In this document: positions 1 to 10,509 of the stretch, in pieces
Numbering within the stretch: the first letter of the stretch is position 1
Layout of the letters: the number at the start of each line of letters is the position of its first letter
From: a phage
Assembly (NCBI GenBank): GCA_033178465.1
Contig: GCA_033178465.1_4726.1
Reading direction: 5' to 3' (one strand)
DNA: 63,111 nucleotides
Made by a program: the position numbers and the translations under genes
Notes under the pieces: generated by a model
Databases searched by the model: none
Told to the model about the DNA's origin: nothing
What the model saw: only the letters and a program-made list of their open reading frames with translations

Positions 1-48
1 GGTATGAATTAGGTTTCTTTCCTATCAACGATCATCTATGAGGTCAGC

Positions 49-879
49 ATGTATCCTGAAGCATCATGGCAGGAGGAAGTGTTATCTAAAATAAACGCCT
101 ATCTCCAGCATCCGTTGTCCCTGTCGGACGTTACGTTAACGCCAGCCTGGTATGGTGCGTCGGGTCGGTTACGCCTATCTATAGCCCCCGCACCACAATC
201 GGTTTACTACGTCGAAGACCCCGTACAGGTTTATCTTCAACGTCGAGACATTAATAAGCTCTTTATCAAACACCAACCTTTTATTGTCGTTGCTGATAAG
301 ACGACGATAGCAGACTGCTTAACACAGCTGTTTAAGAAGTATGGGTTGAAGATCGATTTAACGATCTTTGATTCTTCAGCGTTAGCGTCACAGGTTAAAT
401 TTGAAAGCGGCGAGAAAACCATATCTGTTCCCGTTCGTTCTGACGCATCGGCATCGTGGTACGGTACGTTTCAATTCCTCGCACGAAAAGATGTAAGTAC
501 CGATATTAGCGAACTGTTTACGGTACGAGAACCGCTAACCTCGTATTATCCAGAAGATAGTAAACAAGGGGATTTCCACACATTCAGTACATACGGCATC
601 AAGCTAAATTTACCGCCGCAAGATGCGATACGTTCGATGTCGGTTGGAGATACTCCAGAAGGATACAACGCATTCCGTTTAGCCTCATCGCTGATTTCAA
701 TGAGTTATACCTTAGCTTGGGAACTCATCACAACAGCCAACGTCGTTTATAATGGAAAAGTTGCCGATGCGAACGATTTAGATGTTCCAATACTTCCGTC
801 GTTCGGAAGCTCTGTTCTGGTATTAAAACCTCATTCCGATAGCGACGTCAGCAGCAAACTTTATTTTAGTTACGATTAA
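49..879 (+). CDS. hypothetical protein; N-terminal ~150-aa module paralogous to 4696-5223 and to N-terminus of 11277-13889 (putative fibre adaptor/attachment module)
   Basis: 276-aa ORF, ATG with GAGG 7 nt upstream; N-terminal residues share conserved pattern (…RRDI.K.F…YG..….DF…) with two other proteins in window; immediately upstream (13 nt) of a 1198-aa protein. Confidence 0.6.
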   Translation: MYPEASWQEEVLSKINAYLQHPLSLSDVTLTPAWYGASGRLRLSIAPAPQSVYYVEDPVQVYLQRRDINKLFIKHQPFIVVADKTTIADCLTQLFKKYGLKIDLTIFDSSALASQVKFESGEKTISVPVRSDASASWYGTFQFLARKDVSTDISELFTVREPLTSYYPEDSKQGDFHTFSTYGIKLNLPPQDAIRSMSVGDTPEGYNAFRLASSLISMSYTLAWELITTANVVYNGKVADANDLDVPILPSFGSSVLVLKPHSDSDVSSKLYFSYD

Positions 880-892
880 GGTGGAGTAAATA

Positions 893-3800
893 ATGGCGAC
901 ATTCTTACCTGACGATAAGCAGGATCTGGTTGACCAACTCAATGTACTAAATAAAACAAATATCCCGGCTGATGGTATCGCAGTCACTGCTGTTGGCGAT
1001 AGTCAAAAACTTGACGGTGTTGGAAATTACACAGGGACGGTTACGGTTAATAAACCAAAACGGTCATTCGCGACACTGTTTCCGTTCGGTGCGATCATGA
1101 AAAAAGAAACCGGTAACGAGGATGTTACTGGCCGCGCTGCACTCGCGTTATTGAACGAGCAGTTCCATCTGACGATTGCAGAAAGTTATTTCACAGAAGA
1201 ATCTTTAAATGCAACATACCAGTTAGGGACATGGAACAGCATCTCCGCACAAATCGCTTTAGAACCAACCAAGGATAACCCTTACTGGAAAGATACGTTG
1301 TTCATCTCAATGTATCGGTCAACGCTAGGTGCTTTGGAGGCATCTGATGCAAGCGCATCATCGAGTATTTATGTTGATTTAGGATCGGCTAGAAAAGCGT
1401 TCAATCTGAATCGTACCGGCGTATACAAGTTACCTTTACCAACAACGTCCAGTAGTGTACCGGACCGTTATGAATGGTGTCAGTTATTAGAAATTACACC
1501 ATCGGTTGTTGGCGGGCAGATTGACTGGAGCAACTACTTAACGCTGGAGCCGTTAACGCCGACGTTCCCAGTGATGGAAATCGATACAACCTATTACTTC
1601 CTGCTTTGGACATTTAACCGTAAAGATTGGTACGTGAAACAAATCACCGCATCGGAGCGTTATAACGATGTTGCTCAACTTATTGGTAAATGGGTGCTTA
1701 CAGCGTCGCCGGTTAATTTCGTTGGTTATGGTCATGCAAGATTCTTAACCCGAAACACAGGAACGTTTACCGATCCAGAAACCGATCATTACGTGTTAAA
1801 TGAAAGCGGGGTAATGGTAAACAACCGTCATTTCATTGCAGCAACACGACAAGAAGCGCAACCGGATGGTGACGCAACAACAGAAGGACAGTCGTTGTTA
1901 ATTCTGGGTGCGGGTATATTCAGTCATACAACGGATGACACCAAGCTTAAAGCGCATTATCTCACATTAGCAGAGGCATCGTTCGATGCGTATATAAAAG
2001 CGTTCTACGCAGGCCTTGAACCACCGGATACACCGACACGCTGGATCGCTAACTGGATCGTTAATGGTAAGCAACCGGTGTTGGCTCATTATCCTCTTGC
2101 AAAAGACGATTACCCAACACACGGGGGTTTCCATGACACAGCGGTTACATTCACCAGCGGTATCGGGAAAATAACACACGGTGCACCCACGTTCGGGGAA
2201 TACATGGATCTTGTTGTTCAGGTCTATGAGGGTAAACTCGGCTGGCAGAATTTGAACGCCGATGTGTTCAAAACCAATGATGAGGGGACGATTGACTGGG
2301 ATACAAAGGGTACAGTGTTCCCTATCGAGAAAGTTGCGTTACGCACAAAACGATACGTAAGTGCGGACGGGGACGATCTTGAAGCGTGTACTGACGATGA
2401 GGTAGGTACCATCGTACTCAAAGATAAATCCGTCAGCGGTTCTTATTTGGTTGCGTGGGCACCCCGCGTTCCTGTTGAATATGGCGGATACCTCATCAAA
2501 ACGAACGAGTGTCAGCATAACCGACCGATCCAGGTGCCGGTCACCAGAGACTACATGGGAAACGCGTCAGACGCTGAACAGTGGTTTTGTGAAGCAGCCT
2601 ACACCTTATATCGTTTAACGCAGCAGGAGCGTTATCAGAAAGCGTACAAGGCATCTTTGTTTACGATTGAAGAATATACCCGTATTGACGCTAACGATAA
2701 GTTCTTCCGTCAAGTAAAAGGAACCGATCGTTACGACACCGACGGTATCGCTTACACGTATACCTATCCATCGAAAGCACCGTTCACAATCACACGCGAT
2801 ACTGATGGCTGGATCGTGATTCAAGCATCTTCAGCACAAATTTACCTTGAACAGCAGGCCATTCCGTTCCGCGTCAATCGTGATTCAATTCTTCGGGTAA
2901 CCTGCGGCGGTAAAGATACAGCAGGTGTTGCAATTCCGGTTGAGATCTCATTATCGCTTTCTTTGGACAAAACCGAAGCGAAAGCCAAAACGTACAAGCT
3001 GGTATTACCTTCCAGCGCTGAACCGAAAGGATGGGATTTCAAAATAGGCTCATTGATTCCTGCTGATGCGGTTGATGAAGCTTCAACGCCAACCGGTGAT
3101 GCTGTTACAGGTTCTGTGTTGATATCGGCTGATAAAGTCGGCTGGAAAGACGATGTCGCCATCACAACAGAATTCAGCGAAGCGGTGGAAGATTCCTGGG
3201 ATGGGTTGTTCTTAAAAGCGCAGCTTACTGCGGCAGGCGGGCAATTTGAATTCAACCCAACCGCAAAACAGATCGTAAGACAGGTCAGTTATTTCGCGTC
3301 GATTGACTACAACGTTCGTGTAGAAGATGCAAATGGTTGGCGATGGTGGTATATGCTACCGGCCACCACAGCAAGAAATACATTGACGCTTTCGGCGAAC
3401 GGATGGACGCTTTCAGGGTATCAACCGGGCCACGCTGATACTGACCCTAGACCTTCTGCACCTGTGTGGGGCGATGGCTCAACTGAAATTCTGTTCTTGC
3501 CTGACGACAGCGATATCGCTGAAGGGGTATTTAAGCTCTACGCCATCAACAATCCGCCGTCAACTTACACCACGGATGACGGATACACCATGTTGTTTAC
3601 GTTAAAAGCAATCTTTGAGGCAGAGGGCACATTGCGTGTTGGCGATTGCACGATTGTCAACCAACGTCTGGATCCATTGCCTTATACTCCGGGTATTATT
3701 CCGTTCTCTAACAACTATATCCCTAACGCACCGACGTTCGACAGCTGGCGTGGTCAGCCTTATCCCGGCTACCAACATCCATGGGTCTTCCTGGATATGG

Positions 3801-4489
3801 ACGTATCGGCTGAACGACGTGACCTCATGATTCAGAATGTTGTGAATTTCTGGTATGACTCACAGCAGTGGTACTATCAGAAATTCGGTGTTTTAGGGCC
3901 AGGGGCAAGTGCGTACGTGTGGGATCGTTGGGATGCGCCAAGCGGATCAAAAGTTAATGATTTTACGATGTACCACTTCGGCGATCAGACAGCATGGTCT
4001 GGTTATCAGCCGAGGGCTTTCTTTTCAGCGGTGCGGCTTTATGCTGGACTGCTTGATCGTGGTTTAGCCGTCCCTGAGAAATTAACCACTTACATCAGTC
4101 ATTGGATTGATTTCTTGTTTACGTATCAACAGGAAAACGCTTATCAATCTCCTACGGATTTTCCGATGGATAAACCCCCTGCTTTTATCCCTAATGACTT
4201 TACTGGTCACATGGCAGGATTATGGTTGGCTGGTGCGTCGTTAGCAATGTTGTACGGACATCCCAACGATAAAGGCTATTCTGTTGCTGTTAATGCGTAT
4301 AACGAAATCGTTGAGAACTACATCAACCGCTACACCGTTGATGACGTAATGAACGGTGGGTGGAGTCCCGCACCAGATAGCGCTAATCTCGGCAGAGACG
4401 GAATGTATTTTGGTTTCTGGAGTGGGGAGATCCTCCGAGGATTAGGCTATTATATTGCCTTATTACGTGATGTAAAACCGACAATTTAA
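893..4489 (+). CDS. large putative virion protein, possibly tail fibre/tailspike-like receptor-binding protein (function inferred from context only)
   Basis: 1198-aa ORF, ATG with AAGGTGGAG RBS; follows the small adaptor-module gene exactly as fibre gene 5230-9198 follows 4696-5223; Trp/Tyr/Gly-rich; no motif recognised. Confidence 0.5.
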   Translation: MATFLPDDKQDLVDQLNVLNKTNIPADGIAVTAVGDSQKLDGVGNYTGTVTVNKPKRSFATLFPFGAIMKKETGNEDVTGRAALALLNEQFHLTIAESYFTEESLNATYQLGTWNSISAQIALEPTKDNPYWKDTLFISMYRSTLGALEASDASASSSIYVDLGSARKAFNLNRTGVYKLPLPTTSSSVPDRYEWCQLLEITPSVVGGQIDWSNYLTLEPLTPTFPVMEIDTTYYFLLWTFNRKDWYVKQITASERYNDVAQLIGKWVLTASPVNFVGYGHARFLTRNTGTFTDPETDHYVLNESGVMVNNRHFIAATRQEAQPDGDATTEGQSLLILGAGIFSHTTDDTKLKAHYLTLAEASFDAYIKAFYAGLEPPDTPTRWIANWIVNGKQPVLAHYPLAKDDYPTHGGFHDTAVTFTSGIGKITHGAPTFGEYMDLVVQVYEGKLGWQNLNADVFKTNDEGTIDWDTKGTVFPIEKVALRTKRYVSADGDDLEACTDDEVGTIVLKDKSVSGSYLVAWAPRVPVEYGGYLIKTNECQHNRPIQVPVTRDYMGNASDAEQWFCEAAYTLYRLTQQERYQKAYKASLFTIEEYTRIDANDKFFRQVKGTDRYDTDGIAYTYTYPSKAPFTITRDTDGWIVIQASSAQIYLEQQAIPFRVNRDSILRVTCGGKDTAGVAIPVEISLSLSLDKTEAKAKTYKLVLPSSAEPKGWDFKIGSLIPADAVDEASTPTGDAVTGSVLISADKVGWKDDVAITTEFSEAVEDSWDGLFLKAQLTAAGGQFEFNPTAKQIVRQVSYFASIDYNVRVEDANGWRWWYMLPATTARNTLTLSANGWTLSGYQPGHADTDPRPSAPVWGDGSTEILFLPDDSDIAEGVFKLYAINNPPSTYTTDDGYTMLFTLKAIFEAEGTLRVGDCTIVNQRLDPLPYTPGIIPFSNNYIPNAPTFDSWRGQPYPGYQHPWVFLDMDVSAERRDLMIQNVVNFWYDSQQWYYQKFGVLGPGASAYVWDRWDAPSGSKVNDFTMYHFGDQTAWSGYQPRAFFSAVRLYAGLLDRGLAVPEKLTTYISHWIDFLFTYQQENAYQSPTDFPMDKPPAFIPNDFTGHMAGLWLAGASLAMLYGHPNDKGYSVAVNAYNEIVENYINRYTVDDVMNGGWSPAPDSANLGRDGMYFGFWSGEILRGLGYYIALLRDVKPTI

Positions 4490-4492
4490 CCG

Positions 4493-4513
4493 ATGGGGCG
4501 GTAACCGCCCCAT
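4493..4513 (+). terminator. GC-rich hairpin after 893-4489 (second hairpin at 4548-4582 followed by AATATG)
   Basis: ATGGGGCGG-TAA-CCGCCCCAT inverted repeat directly after stop codon. Confidence 0.5.
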
Positions 4514-4695
4514 GAACTTTGGAGTGCAGTAGCGTAACCGTATTATCCTCCCCTCTATCTCGCTTTGTCGGGGTAGAGGGGCAATATGCGCGGAATTTTA
4601 TGCGGTCGTCTGGACTGTTTACGTTTACCTCGAATCACACTCTGGTTTCGAGGAGTTATATATTTTAATTTGATTGTTGGAGGAGGGTTGCGCTT

Positions 4696-5223
4696 ATGCG
4701 TTCACTTTACCCGCCATGGAAAGACGAACTGATTACGTTGATAAACCAACGTAACGGTAGCGTGTTCAGCAGCTCCGATCTTACATTAACCTTGGATGGG
4801 AGTTCTGGTGCTAACAGGGCAAAAGTGATCGTCACAGCAAATGAAGGAACAAGGTGGTGTGGTGAAAGTTTTATCACTTACACACGACGTGATATCGCGA
4901 AAGCGTTTCTAGGGATACCGATGAAAATCGTTTTGGAGTCGGTTGAAACAACAACTATAAGAGCGGTTATTCAAGCTATTTCAGATCAGTACGGATTCAT
5001 CTTTGAAACCGATGCTGATTTTGATTCAGCTATCCTTGCTACTGTCATTGATTTTCGTGACGACACATCCAAGAAGATCTCGATTCCCATCGCGAATACC
5101 TCCATGGTTTGGCGTGGGCAATTGGATCTTATCGTGACAAACCAGCGTGATACATCACCAGCGTATCTTTGCGCCGGTGCGGCAACTGTCATCGGTGATG
5201 TCATCACTATTTACCCGGGATAA
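4696..5223 (+). CDS. small protein consisting of the shared ~150-aa N-terminal module (putative tail-fibre adaptor/chaperone)
   Basis: 175-aa ORF; GGAGGAGGG RBS; paralogous to 49-879 and N-term of 11277-13889 (e.g. RRDIAKAFLGIPMKIV vs KRDLAKAFLGIPVKII); stop 6 nt before fibre gene start. Confidence 0.65.
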   Translation: MRSLYPPWKDELITLINQRNGSVFSSSDLTLTLDGSSGANRAKVIVTANEGTRWCGESFITYTRRDIAKAFLGIPMKIVLESVETTTIRAVIQAISDQYGFIFETDADFDSAILATVIDFRDDTSKKISIPIANTSMVWRGQLDLIVTNQRDTSPAYLCAGAATVIGDVITIYPG

Positions 5224-5229
5224 AACGCC

Positions 5230-8200
5230 ATGAGTACAACTTATAAAACGGTCATTACCGATAAAGGCGCTGAACGTATTGCCGCAGCGCTACTTCCTGA
5301 CGGTGAGAAACTAAGAATCACACATTTTGCTGTTGGTGACGGAAACGGCTCTACACCAACCCCGACCGCCAGCCAAACAGCGCTCGTACACGAAGTTTAT
5401 CGTGGGGGAGTTTCTAACATCCACATTGATGTTGACGACACAACTCGGATTGTTGTTGAAGGCATTATTCCCACCAGTCAAGGTGGGTTCTGGGTGCGTG
5501 AGATCGGTCTGTACGACGATCAGGGTGAACTTGTCGTTGTCGGCAATGCGCCAGAAGGGTACAAACCACTGCCTTCCGAAGGGGCAGGACGTGTGTTAAA
5601 TTGTCAGGTATTTGTTGTCGTAAGCAATACCGATGCGATCGAATTGAAGGTTGTTAGTGACGCATTCTTACCAGACGCGACCACCGAGAAACGGGGATTA
5701 ACGATCCTTAGCAGCGAAACAAATAGTGACGACGAAACCAAAGCCGCAACATCAAAAGCAGTTAAAGCTGTGATGGATGTTGCGAAAGGAAAGTACACGG
5801 CTGTGGACGCTAGTACCACTCGTAAAGGGTTGGTTCAGTTAACCTCGGCGACGAACAGTGATAGTGAAGTACTCGCACTATCCGCGAAAGCCGGGAAAGT
5901 CCTAGCAACACAAATTAGCGCTAAAGCGGATCTTTCTAGTCCGGCATTTACCGATAAGCCGACAACACCAACCGCAGCCGAAGGCGATAAAAGTCAGCAG
6001 ATTGCGAATACCGAATTTGTGATGCGTGCTATCGCATCGCTGGTCGACTCGTCTCCAGAAGCGCTAAATACGCTTAATGAGCTGGCTCAAGCTTTAGGGA
6101 ACGATCCTAATTTCGCAACGACAGTAACCAATGCGTTGGCAGGTAAACAGCCGTTGAACGCGTTGCTGACAGCGTGGTCTAACCTAACAACAGATGCGAA
6201 TAAACTCCCTTATTTTACTGGACGGAACCAAATCGGACTAACTAACGTAACGTCAATAGGTCTGAATCTGCTAAGCAAAGGAAGCGTTGATGCGGTCTTA
6301 CTGTATCTTGGATTGACAGAAACCATAAAGGCAGCTAAGACAGCATTGCAGGCTGGGAATAACGGTAGTGATATCGTAGATAAAACCGCGTTTGCTAAAA
6401 CGATCGGGTTATCGCCAGAGACGTACCTGAAATATAACGGCGATATGGCGATAGATGCGGACCTTAATACCTTCGGTCCAGTCGAAGCGTCTATGGGTAT
6501 TTGGTCGAAAGGCACATCTACAAACGCAACGTTTGCGAAGAACTTCCCGGAAGAAAACGCAGTCGGTTATTTAGAAGTTTTTAGAGCGGGTAACTACGGC
6601 GGAAGTCAACGTTTCACTGTACGTAACGGTAACATCTATACACGTCATCTTACTGCTTCATGGAATGGGACAAACGGTCCTTGGTCAGAATGGCGTAATG
6701 TTGCCGGTTCCGCCAGAACGTTGAACGAACAAAATAATCTGAATGACTTAGGCGGTGAACCCGCATTGGGTGTTTGGAGAAACAGTACAAGTACGTTAGC
6801 AACAGCTGCGCTGAATTATCCTGAGGAAGGTTCCTTTGCCCAGGGTGTATTAGAGGTCCTCAAAGGTGGTAACTACAGTTACACACAACGCTACACTACT
6901 CGTAGAGGTAATGTGTACGTTCGTTGTCTACAAGCCACGTGGGATGCTTCAAACCCGCAATGGGAGGAATGGCGCTGCGTCGGCTGTCAATCTGTCAGCG
7001 CATATTTCGAAGGCGATCTCGACACGTTAACTTCACCTAACCGTTATAGCATTACCGACAAAGCGACAAACGTTCCTTTAATCGACGGCACTAAAATTAT
7101 CGGTATCTTGGACGTCAGTCGTCGTTTTGATAACATTAGCATCGAACAAAAATTCACCTCGTTTGGTTCTGGTAGTAAAACCACAGGTCGCGTTTTCACT
7201 CGTGTATTCTCCGGCCAATCGAACGGTAAATGGAGTGACTGGCGAGAGGTTTTCACATCGTATTCACTTCCGTTGGTTTTGGGTATCGGTGGGGCCGCAG
7301 CTAAAGTCGATTCGTTGGACTGGCAGACCTACGACTTTATTCCCGGCCAGATGTTAACGACGCCTTTGAACACCATGCAGAACATTCCGTCCGATATGGA
7401 TTGGGGTGTGATCGACGGTAACCTAGTCAACATCCTTGTCGGGCCGTCTGATGACACCGGTACCGGTCGGAGTATGTTGGTTTGGCGTAGCACGGTGTCT
7501 ACCGCGAATTATCGGTTCTTTGCTGTTCGTATCGCTGGCACCGCCGGTAATCGTACGATTACGACGCGTCAGATGCCTGTGCTTAACGCTGCTCATACCT
7601 GGGCAGAAAAACAGACATTCAATAAAGGCTTAGCTGGTGATTTAACGGGTAATGCCACTACAGCAACCAAGCTACAAACCGCCCGTAAAATCGGCGGTGT
7701 CGCGTTCGATGGCACAGCTGATATCGCGTTACCTGGCGTCAATGCAGCTGGTAATCAGAATACAACCGGTAACGCAGCAACCGCCACGAAATTGAAAACC
7801 GCTGTTACGATCGGTGGTGTGAGTTTCGATGGTTCGGCCAGTATCAGTCTACCGGGTGTTAACGCAGCGGGAAATCAAAGCACCAGCGGAAACGCAGGAA
7901 GCGCAACCAAACTTCAGACCGCGAGAACCATCGGGGGTGTTTCTTTTGATGGTACTGCGAACATTGATTTACCAGGCGTAAATAAAGCAGGTACGCAAAG
8001 CACATCAGGGAACGCTGCAACAGCGACAAAACTCCAGACAGCCAGAAAGATCAACGGTGTTGCTTTTGATGGTACGAAAGATATCAGCTTCACGATTAGC
8101 GCGATCGCATCACGAGGTCGTGTAACCGCATTAGCGAATGCTGTTCAAGGTACCAGTACCGGTGTCCAGATGTACGAAGCGTACAACAACGGATACCCAA

Positions 8201-9198
8201 CAGCGTACGGTAACGTTATGCATCTTAAAGGGGCCAGTGCCAGCGGTGAAGGTGAGATCCTTATTGGATGGTCTGGGACATCAGGGGCGCACGCGCCAGC
8301 GTATCTTCGTTCTCGTCGGGATGCGGCGGATGCGAACTGGTCGGAATGGGCACAGATCTACACCTCGAAAGATAGTATCCCTGGTGTGAACGCAACCGGA
8401 AACCAGAACACGACGGGTAACGCCGCTTCAGCGACAAGGCTTCAAACGGCAAGAACGATAGGTGGGGTATCATTCAACGGTACAGCAAACATCAACTTAC
8501 CTGGTGTTAATACCACAGGTAACCAAGATACCACAGGAAATGCGGCGACAGCGACCAAATTAAAGACAGCCCGGACAATAGGCGGAGTGTCTTTTGACGG
8601 CAGCGCTAATATTAACCTACCTGGCGTTAACACCGCTGGTAATCAGAATACTTCAGGAAACGCTGCAACAGCAACGAAGTTGCGGACTGCGCGTACAATC
8701 AACGGGAAAGCGTTCGATGGTTCGGCGAATATCACGTTAACTGCGGCGGATTTGTCTACGTATACGAAGTCAGAAATCGATACGAAATTAGGATATAAAG
8801 CATCCAGTAGTGATATCCCTAACATGGCGATTAAAACATCCACGCTTTCATCTGGTAGTATGAACATGTCGTTTAGTGACTTCATCAACTATCTGAAAGG
8901 TGAAGGCGCATTCAGGAAACGTTATTGGATCGGATTTGGTGATATGATGGGCGCGAACGCTGGGAGTACAGGAACAATCACCGGGTTCGGTGCTCTCCAG
9001 CTCGCTGGTACGATCATTGAAGTATTCAACTTCCCTAACGGGATGGATTATACGATACGTATTACTACGCAACATAAAGCAGATTATAGCGGTTTGACAA
9101 ATATGATTGTAGTGTATCATTATCGGAGCGCATTGTCGCCTGCCGGTCAATGGTTGAAGTTCGCTGGTGCGACAGGAGCGACAAACGAAGGGTATTAA
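5230..9198 (+). CDS. tail fibre protein (lambda Stf / P2 gpH-type N-terminal domain plus tandem fibre repeats)
   Basis: 1322-aa ORF; N-terminus (…ITHFAVGDGNG…ASQTALVHEVYRG…VEGIIP…GGFWVREIGLYDDQGELVVVGN.PE.YKP) matches the conserved N-terminal domain of P2 gpH/lambda Stf-like fibres from memory; two blocks of ~40-aa repeats (GNxxTATKLxTARxIGGVxFDGxAxIxLPGVN). Confidence 0.85.
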   Translation: MSTTYKTVITDKGAERIAAALLPDGEKLRITHFAVGDGNGSTPTPTASQTALVHEVYRGGVSNIHIDVDDTTRIVVEGIIPTSQGGFWVREIGLYDDQGELVVVGNAPEGYKPLPSEGAGRVLNCQVFVVVSNTDAIELKVVSDAFLPDATTEKRGLTILSSETNSDDETKAATSKAVKAVMDVAKGKYTAVDASTTRKGLVQLTSATNSDSEVLALSAKAGKVLATQISAKADLSSPAFTDKPTTPTAAEGDKSQQIANTEFVMRAIASLVDSSPEALNTLNELAQALGNDPNFATTVTNALAGKQPLNALLTAWSNLTTDANKLPYFTGRNQIGLTNVTSIGLNLLSKGSVDAVLLYLGLTETIKAAKTALQAGNNGSDIVDKTAFAKTIGLSPETYLKYNGDMAIDADLNTFGPVEASMGIWSKGTSTNATFAKNFPEENAVGYLEVFRAGNYGGSQRFTVRNGNIYTRHLTASWNGTNGPWSEWRNVAGSARTLNEQNNLNDLGGEPALGVWRNSTSTLATAALNYPEEGSFAQGVLEVLKGGNYSYTQRYTTRRGNVYVRCLQATWDASNPQWEEWRCVGCQSVSAYFEGDLDTLTSPNRYSITDKATNVPLIDGTKIIGILDVSRRFDNISIEQKFTSFGSGSKTTGRVFTRVFSGQSNGKWSDWREVFTSYSLPLVLGIGGAAAKVDSLDWQTYDFIPGQMLTTPLNTMQNIPSDMDWGVIDGNLVNILVGPSDDTGTGRSMLVWRSTVSTANYRFFAVRIAGTAGNRTITTRQMPVLNAAHTWAEKQTFNKGLAGDLTGNATTATKLQTARKIGGVAFDGTADIALPGVNAAGNQNTTGNAATATKLKTAVTIGGVSFDGSASISLPGVNAAGNQSTSGNAGSATKLQTARTIGGVSFDGTANIDLPGVNKAGTQSTSGNAATATKLQTARKINGVAFDGTKDISFTISAIASRGRVTALANAVQGTSTGVQMYEAYNNGYPTAYGNVMHLKGASASGEGEILIGWSGTSGAHAPAYLRSRRDAADANWSEWAQIYTSKDSIPGVNATGNQNTTGNAASATRLQTARTIGGVSFNGTANINLPGVNTTGNQDTTGNAATATKLKTARTIGGVSFDGSANINLPGVNTAGNQNTSGNAATATKLRTARTINGKAFDGSANITLTAADLSTYTKSEIDTKLGYKASSSDIPNMAIKTSTLSSGSMNMSFSDFINYLKGEGAFRKRYWIGFGDMMGANAGSTGTITGFGALQLAGTIIEVFNFPNGMDYTIRITTQHKADYSGLTNMIVVYHYRSALSPAGQWLKFAGATGATNEGY
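7648..8100 (+). repeat. tandem ~120-bp (40-aa) tail-fibre repeats, ~4 copies, inside fibre gene
   Basis: Protein repeats GNATTATKLQTARKIGGVAFDGTADIALPGVNAAGNQNTT / GNAATATKLKTAVTIGGVSFDGSASISLPGVNAAGNQSTS / … read directly from translation. Confidence 0.8.
8416..8740 (+). repeat. second block of ~3 tandem 40-aa tail-fibre repeats inside fibre gene
   Basis: GNAASATRLQTARTIGGVSFNGTANINLPGVNTTGNQDTT / GNAATATKLKTARTIGGVSFDGSANINLPGVNTAGNQNTS / GNAATATKLRTARTINGKAFDGSANITL. Confidence 0.8.
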
Positions 9199-9252
9199 TA
9201 TCTTGCGATTATCCTTATGGAAGTCACTTCCGTTAACACACAAGGAAATCTA

Positions 9253-9759
9253 ATGATGAAAAAACTCTGCGCGATCGTTCTTGGTATGTTGATGGTGCTT
9301 TCTCTGGGTGGGTGCGCTACGCTGGAAGGCTTACCGAACCTGGATAAAGACCTGACACAACTGGTGGGGTTAAAACCTGTTGAGAAGAACAGCAATCTCG
9401 CTGTGTATTCCTGCTGGGGAGCAACCCAGGAATTCGAACATTGGAAACCGAAGTTTTCAACCACGGAAATCTGGAACGATAAGGTTCTGGTTGTGGATGA
9501 AGGTAGTCAGTTTACCGTCGACTCTCCGGTAACCGTTTTCGAGTCCACACAGTTGTACACCACGGTGAAAGACTACGTTGATCTGGGGTTCAATACCGCA
9601 ACCAGCGAACGCTTCTACCGTATGAATAAACCAACCCTGTCTTACGCAAGTTCAACCCTGAACTCGAACGGTGATGGTGTTGGTATGGTCTTCTTCAATT
9701 GTTCTACCGATCGTGCGCTGATCGCCGACCCGGATTCCGTTGAGGTTATCAGTAAGTAA
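9253..9759 (+). CDS. putative lipoprotein (signal peptide with lipobox LGGC); candidate receptor-masking/superinfection-exclusion protein
   Basis: ATG at 9253 with AAGGA RBS; N-terminus MMKKLCAIVLGMLMVLSLGGC = basic n-region, hydrophobic core, Cys after LGG; located directly downstream of tail fibre gene. Confidence 0.65.
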   Translation: MMKKLCAIVLGMLMVLSLGGCATLEGLPNLDKDLTQLVGLKPVEKNSNLAVYSCWGATQEFEHWKPKFSTTEIWNDKVLVVDEGSQFTVDSPVTVFESTQLYTTVKDYVDLGFNTATSERFYRMNKPTLSYASSTLNSNGDGVGMVFFNCSTDRALIADPDSVEVISK

Positions 9760-9768
9760 TTAAGTATG

Positions 9769-9796
9769 CTCCTCCAACCCGTAAGGGAAGGAGGAG
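9769..9796 (+). terminator. conserved palindromic hairpin element (family A), followed by CTATGG
   Basis: CTCCTCCAACCC-GTAA-GGGAAGGAGGAG between lipoprotein gene and 9853 gene. Confidence 0.55.
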
Positions 9797-9852
9797 CTGC
9801 TATGGCGTCATCGTATGAAATTTCCTTTTTGAGAATAGAAACGAGGTAGAAA

Positions 9853-10509
9853 ATGGCAATAGCGCGAACTATAGGGTTCACGTCTAGAAGGCACGCTGAC
9901 GGCAAATTAGGGTGGCGTGATCCCGGCTGGAGAGTGGCCTATAATAACAGCATTGTCGCCCATCTTTTTGACTTGCGTTCTTTTGCGCGAGAAGTCGTCG
10001 CTAGACACCCAAACGCGTACTTAGAATATGTCTCTGGGCATGGCGATGCTGAAGAAATTCAACACGGACAATGGAATAACGGGGTATACGTACCAAATAT
10101 ACCTCTCCAAGGATGGAGTGGCGATGTCGCCGCGTACGACTATAAACTATTCTGGAACGCGTCAGCTAACGGCTCAATGGGTAATATTGACTGTGATAGC
10201 CGTAAGCATACATGGAAACCATGGTCGGCGGGTAATCTCTCGGCACCTATTAGAATGTCCGACTTACAATCACATCCGTTCTTTGTTATTATTGAATTTA
10301 AGTATCGATCAACAACGCACTACGTTAAGCTTGGTTCGTTCCAGATAGAATCGTTCAATATATACGAAATGGTACCAGGTTTTCCGGGATGGGTAGGTAA
10401 CGTGATGAGTCAAAACGGTAGGGCAGTGCCTGGCTGGGCTTCGCAGCTTGTTTCAGGGAACTGGTTGACGTCGTTTGTTGGTGGTAAGCGATATCTAAAT
10501 TCAATTTAA
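9853..10509 (+). CDS. hypothetical protein, paralogue of 10612-11253 (putative fibre accessory protein)
   Basis: 218-aa ORF; C-terminal 45 aa nearly identical to neighbour (PGFPGWVGNVMSQNGRAVPGWASQLVSGNWLTSFVGGKRY) while N-termini diverge. Confidence 0.7.
   Translation: MAIARTIGFTSRRHADGKLGWRDPGWRVAYNNSIVAHLFDLRSFAREVVARHPNAYLEYVSGHGDAEEIQHGQWNNGVYVPNIPLQGWSGDVAAYDYKLFWNASANGSMGNIDCDSRKHTWKPWSAGNLSAPIRMSDLQSHPFFVIIEFKYRSTTHYVKLGSFQIESFNIYEMVPGFPGWVGNVMSQNGRAVPGWASQLVSGNWLTSFVGGKRYLNSI

Noticed and set aside
5327-5599. Small + strand ORFs nested in the fibre gene (5327-5599, 7127-7357, 7436-7633, 8138-8389) and antisense ORFs (6210-6515, 8848-9243 etc.)
   Set aside because: Out-of-frame or antisense overlaps with a well-supported 1322-aa gene; no start signals
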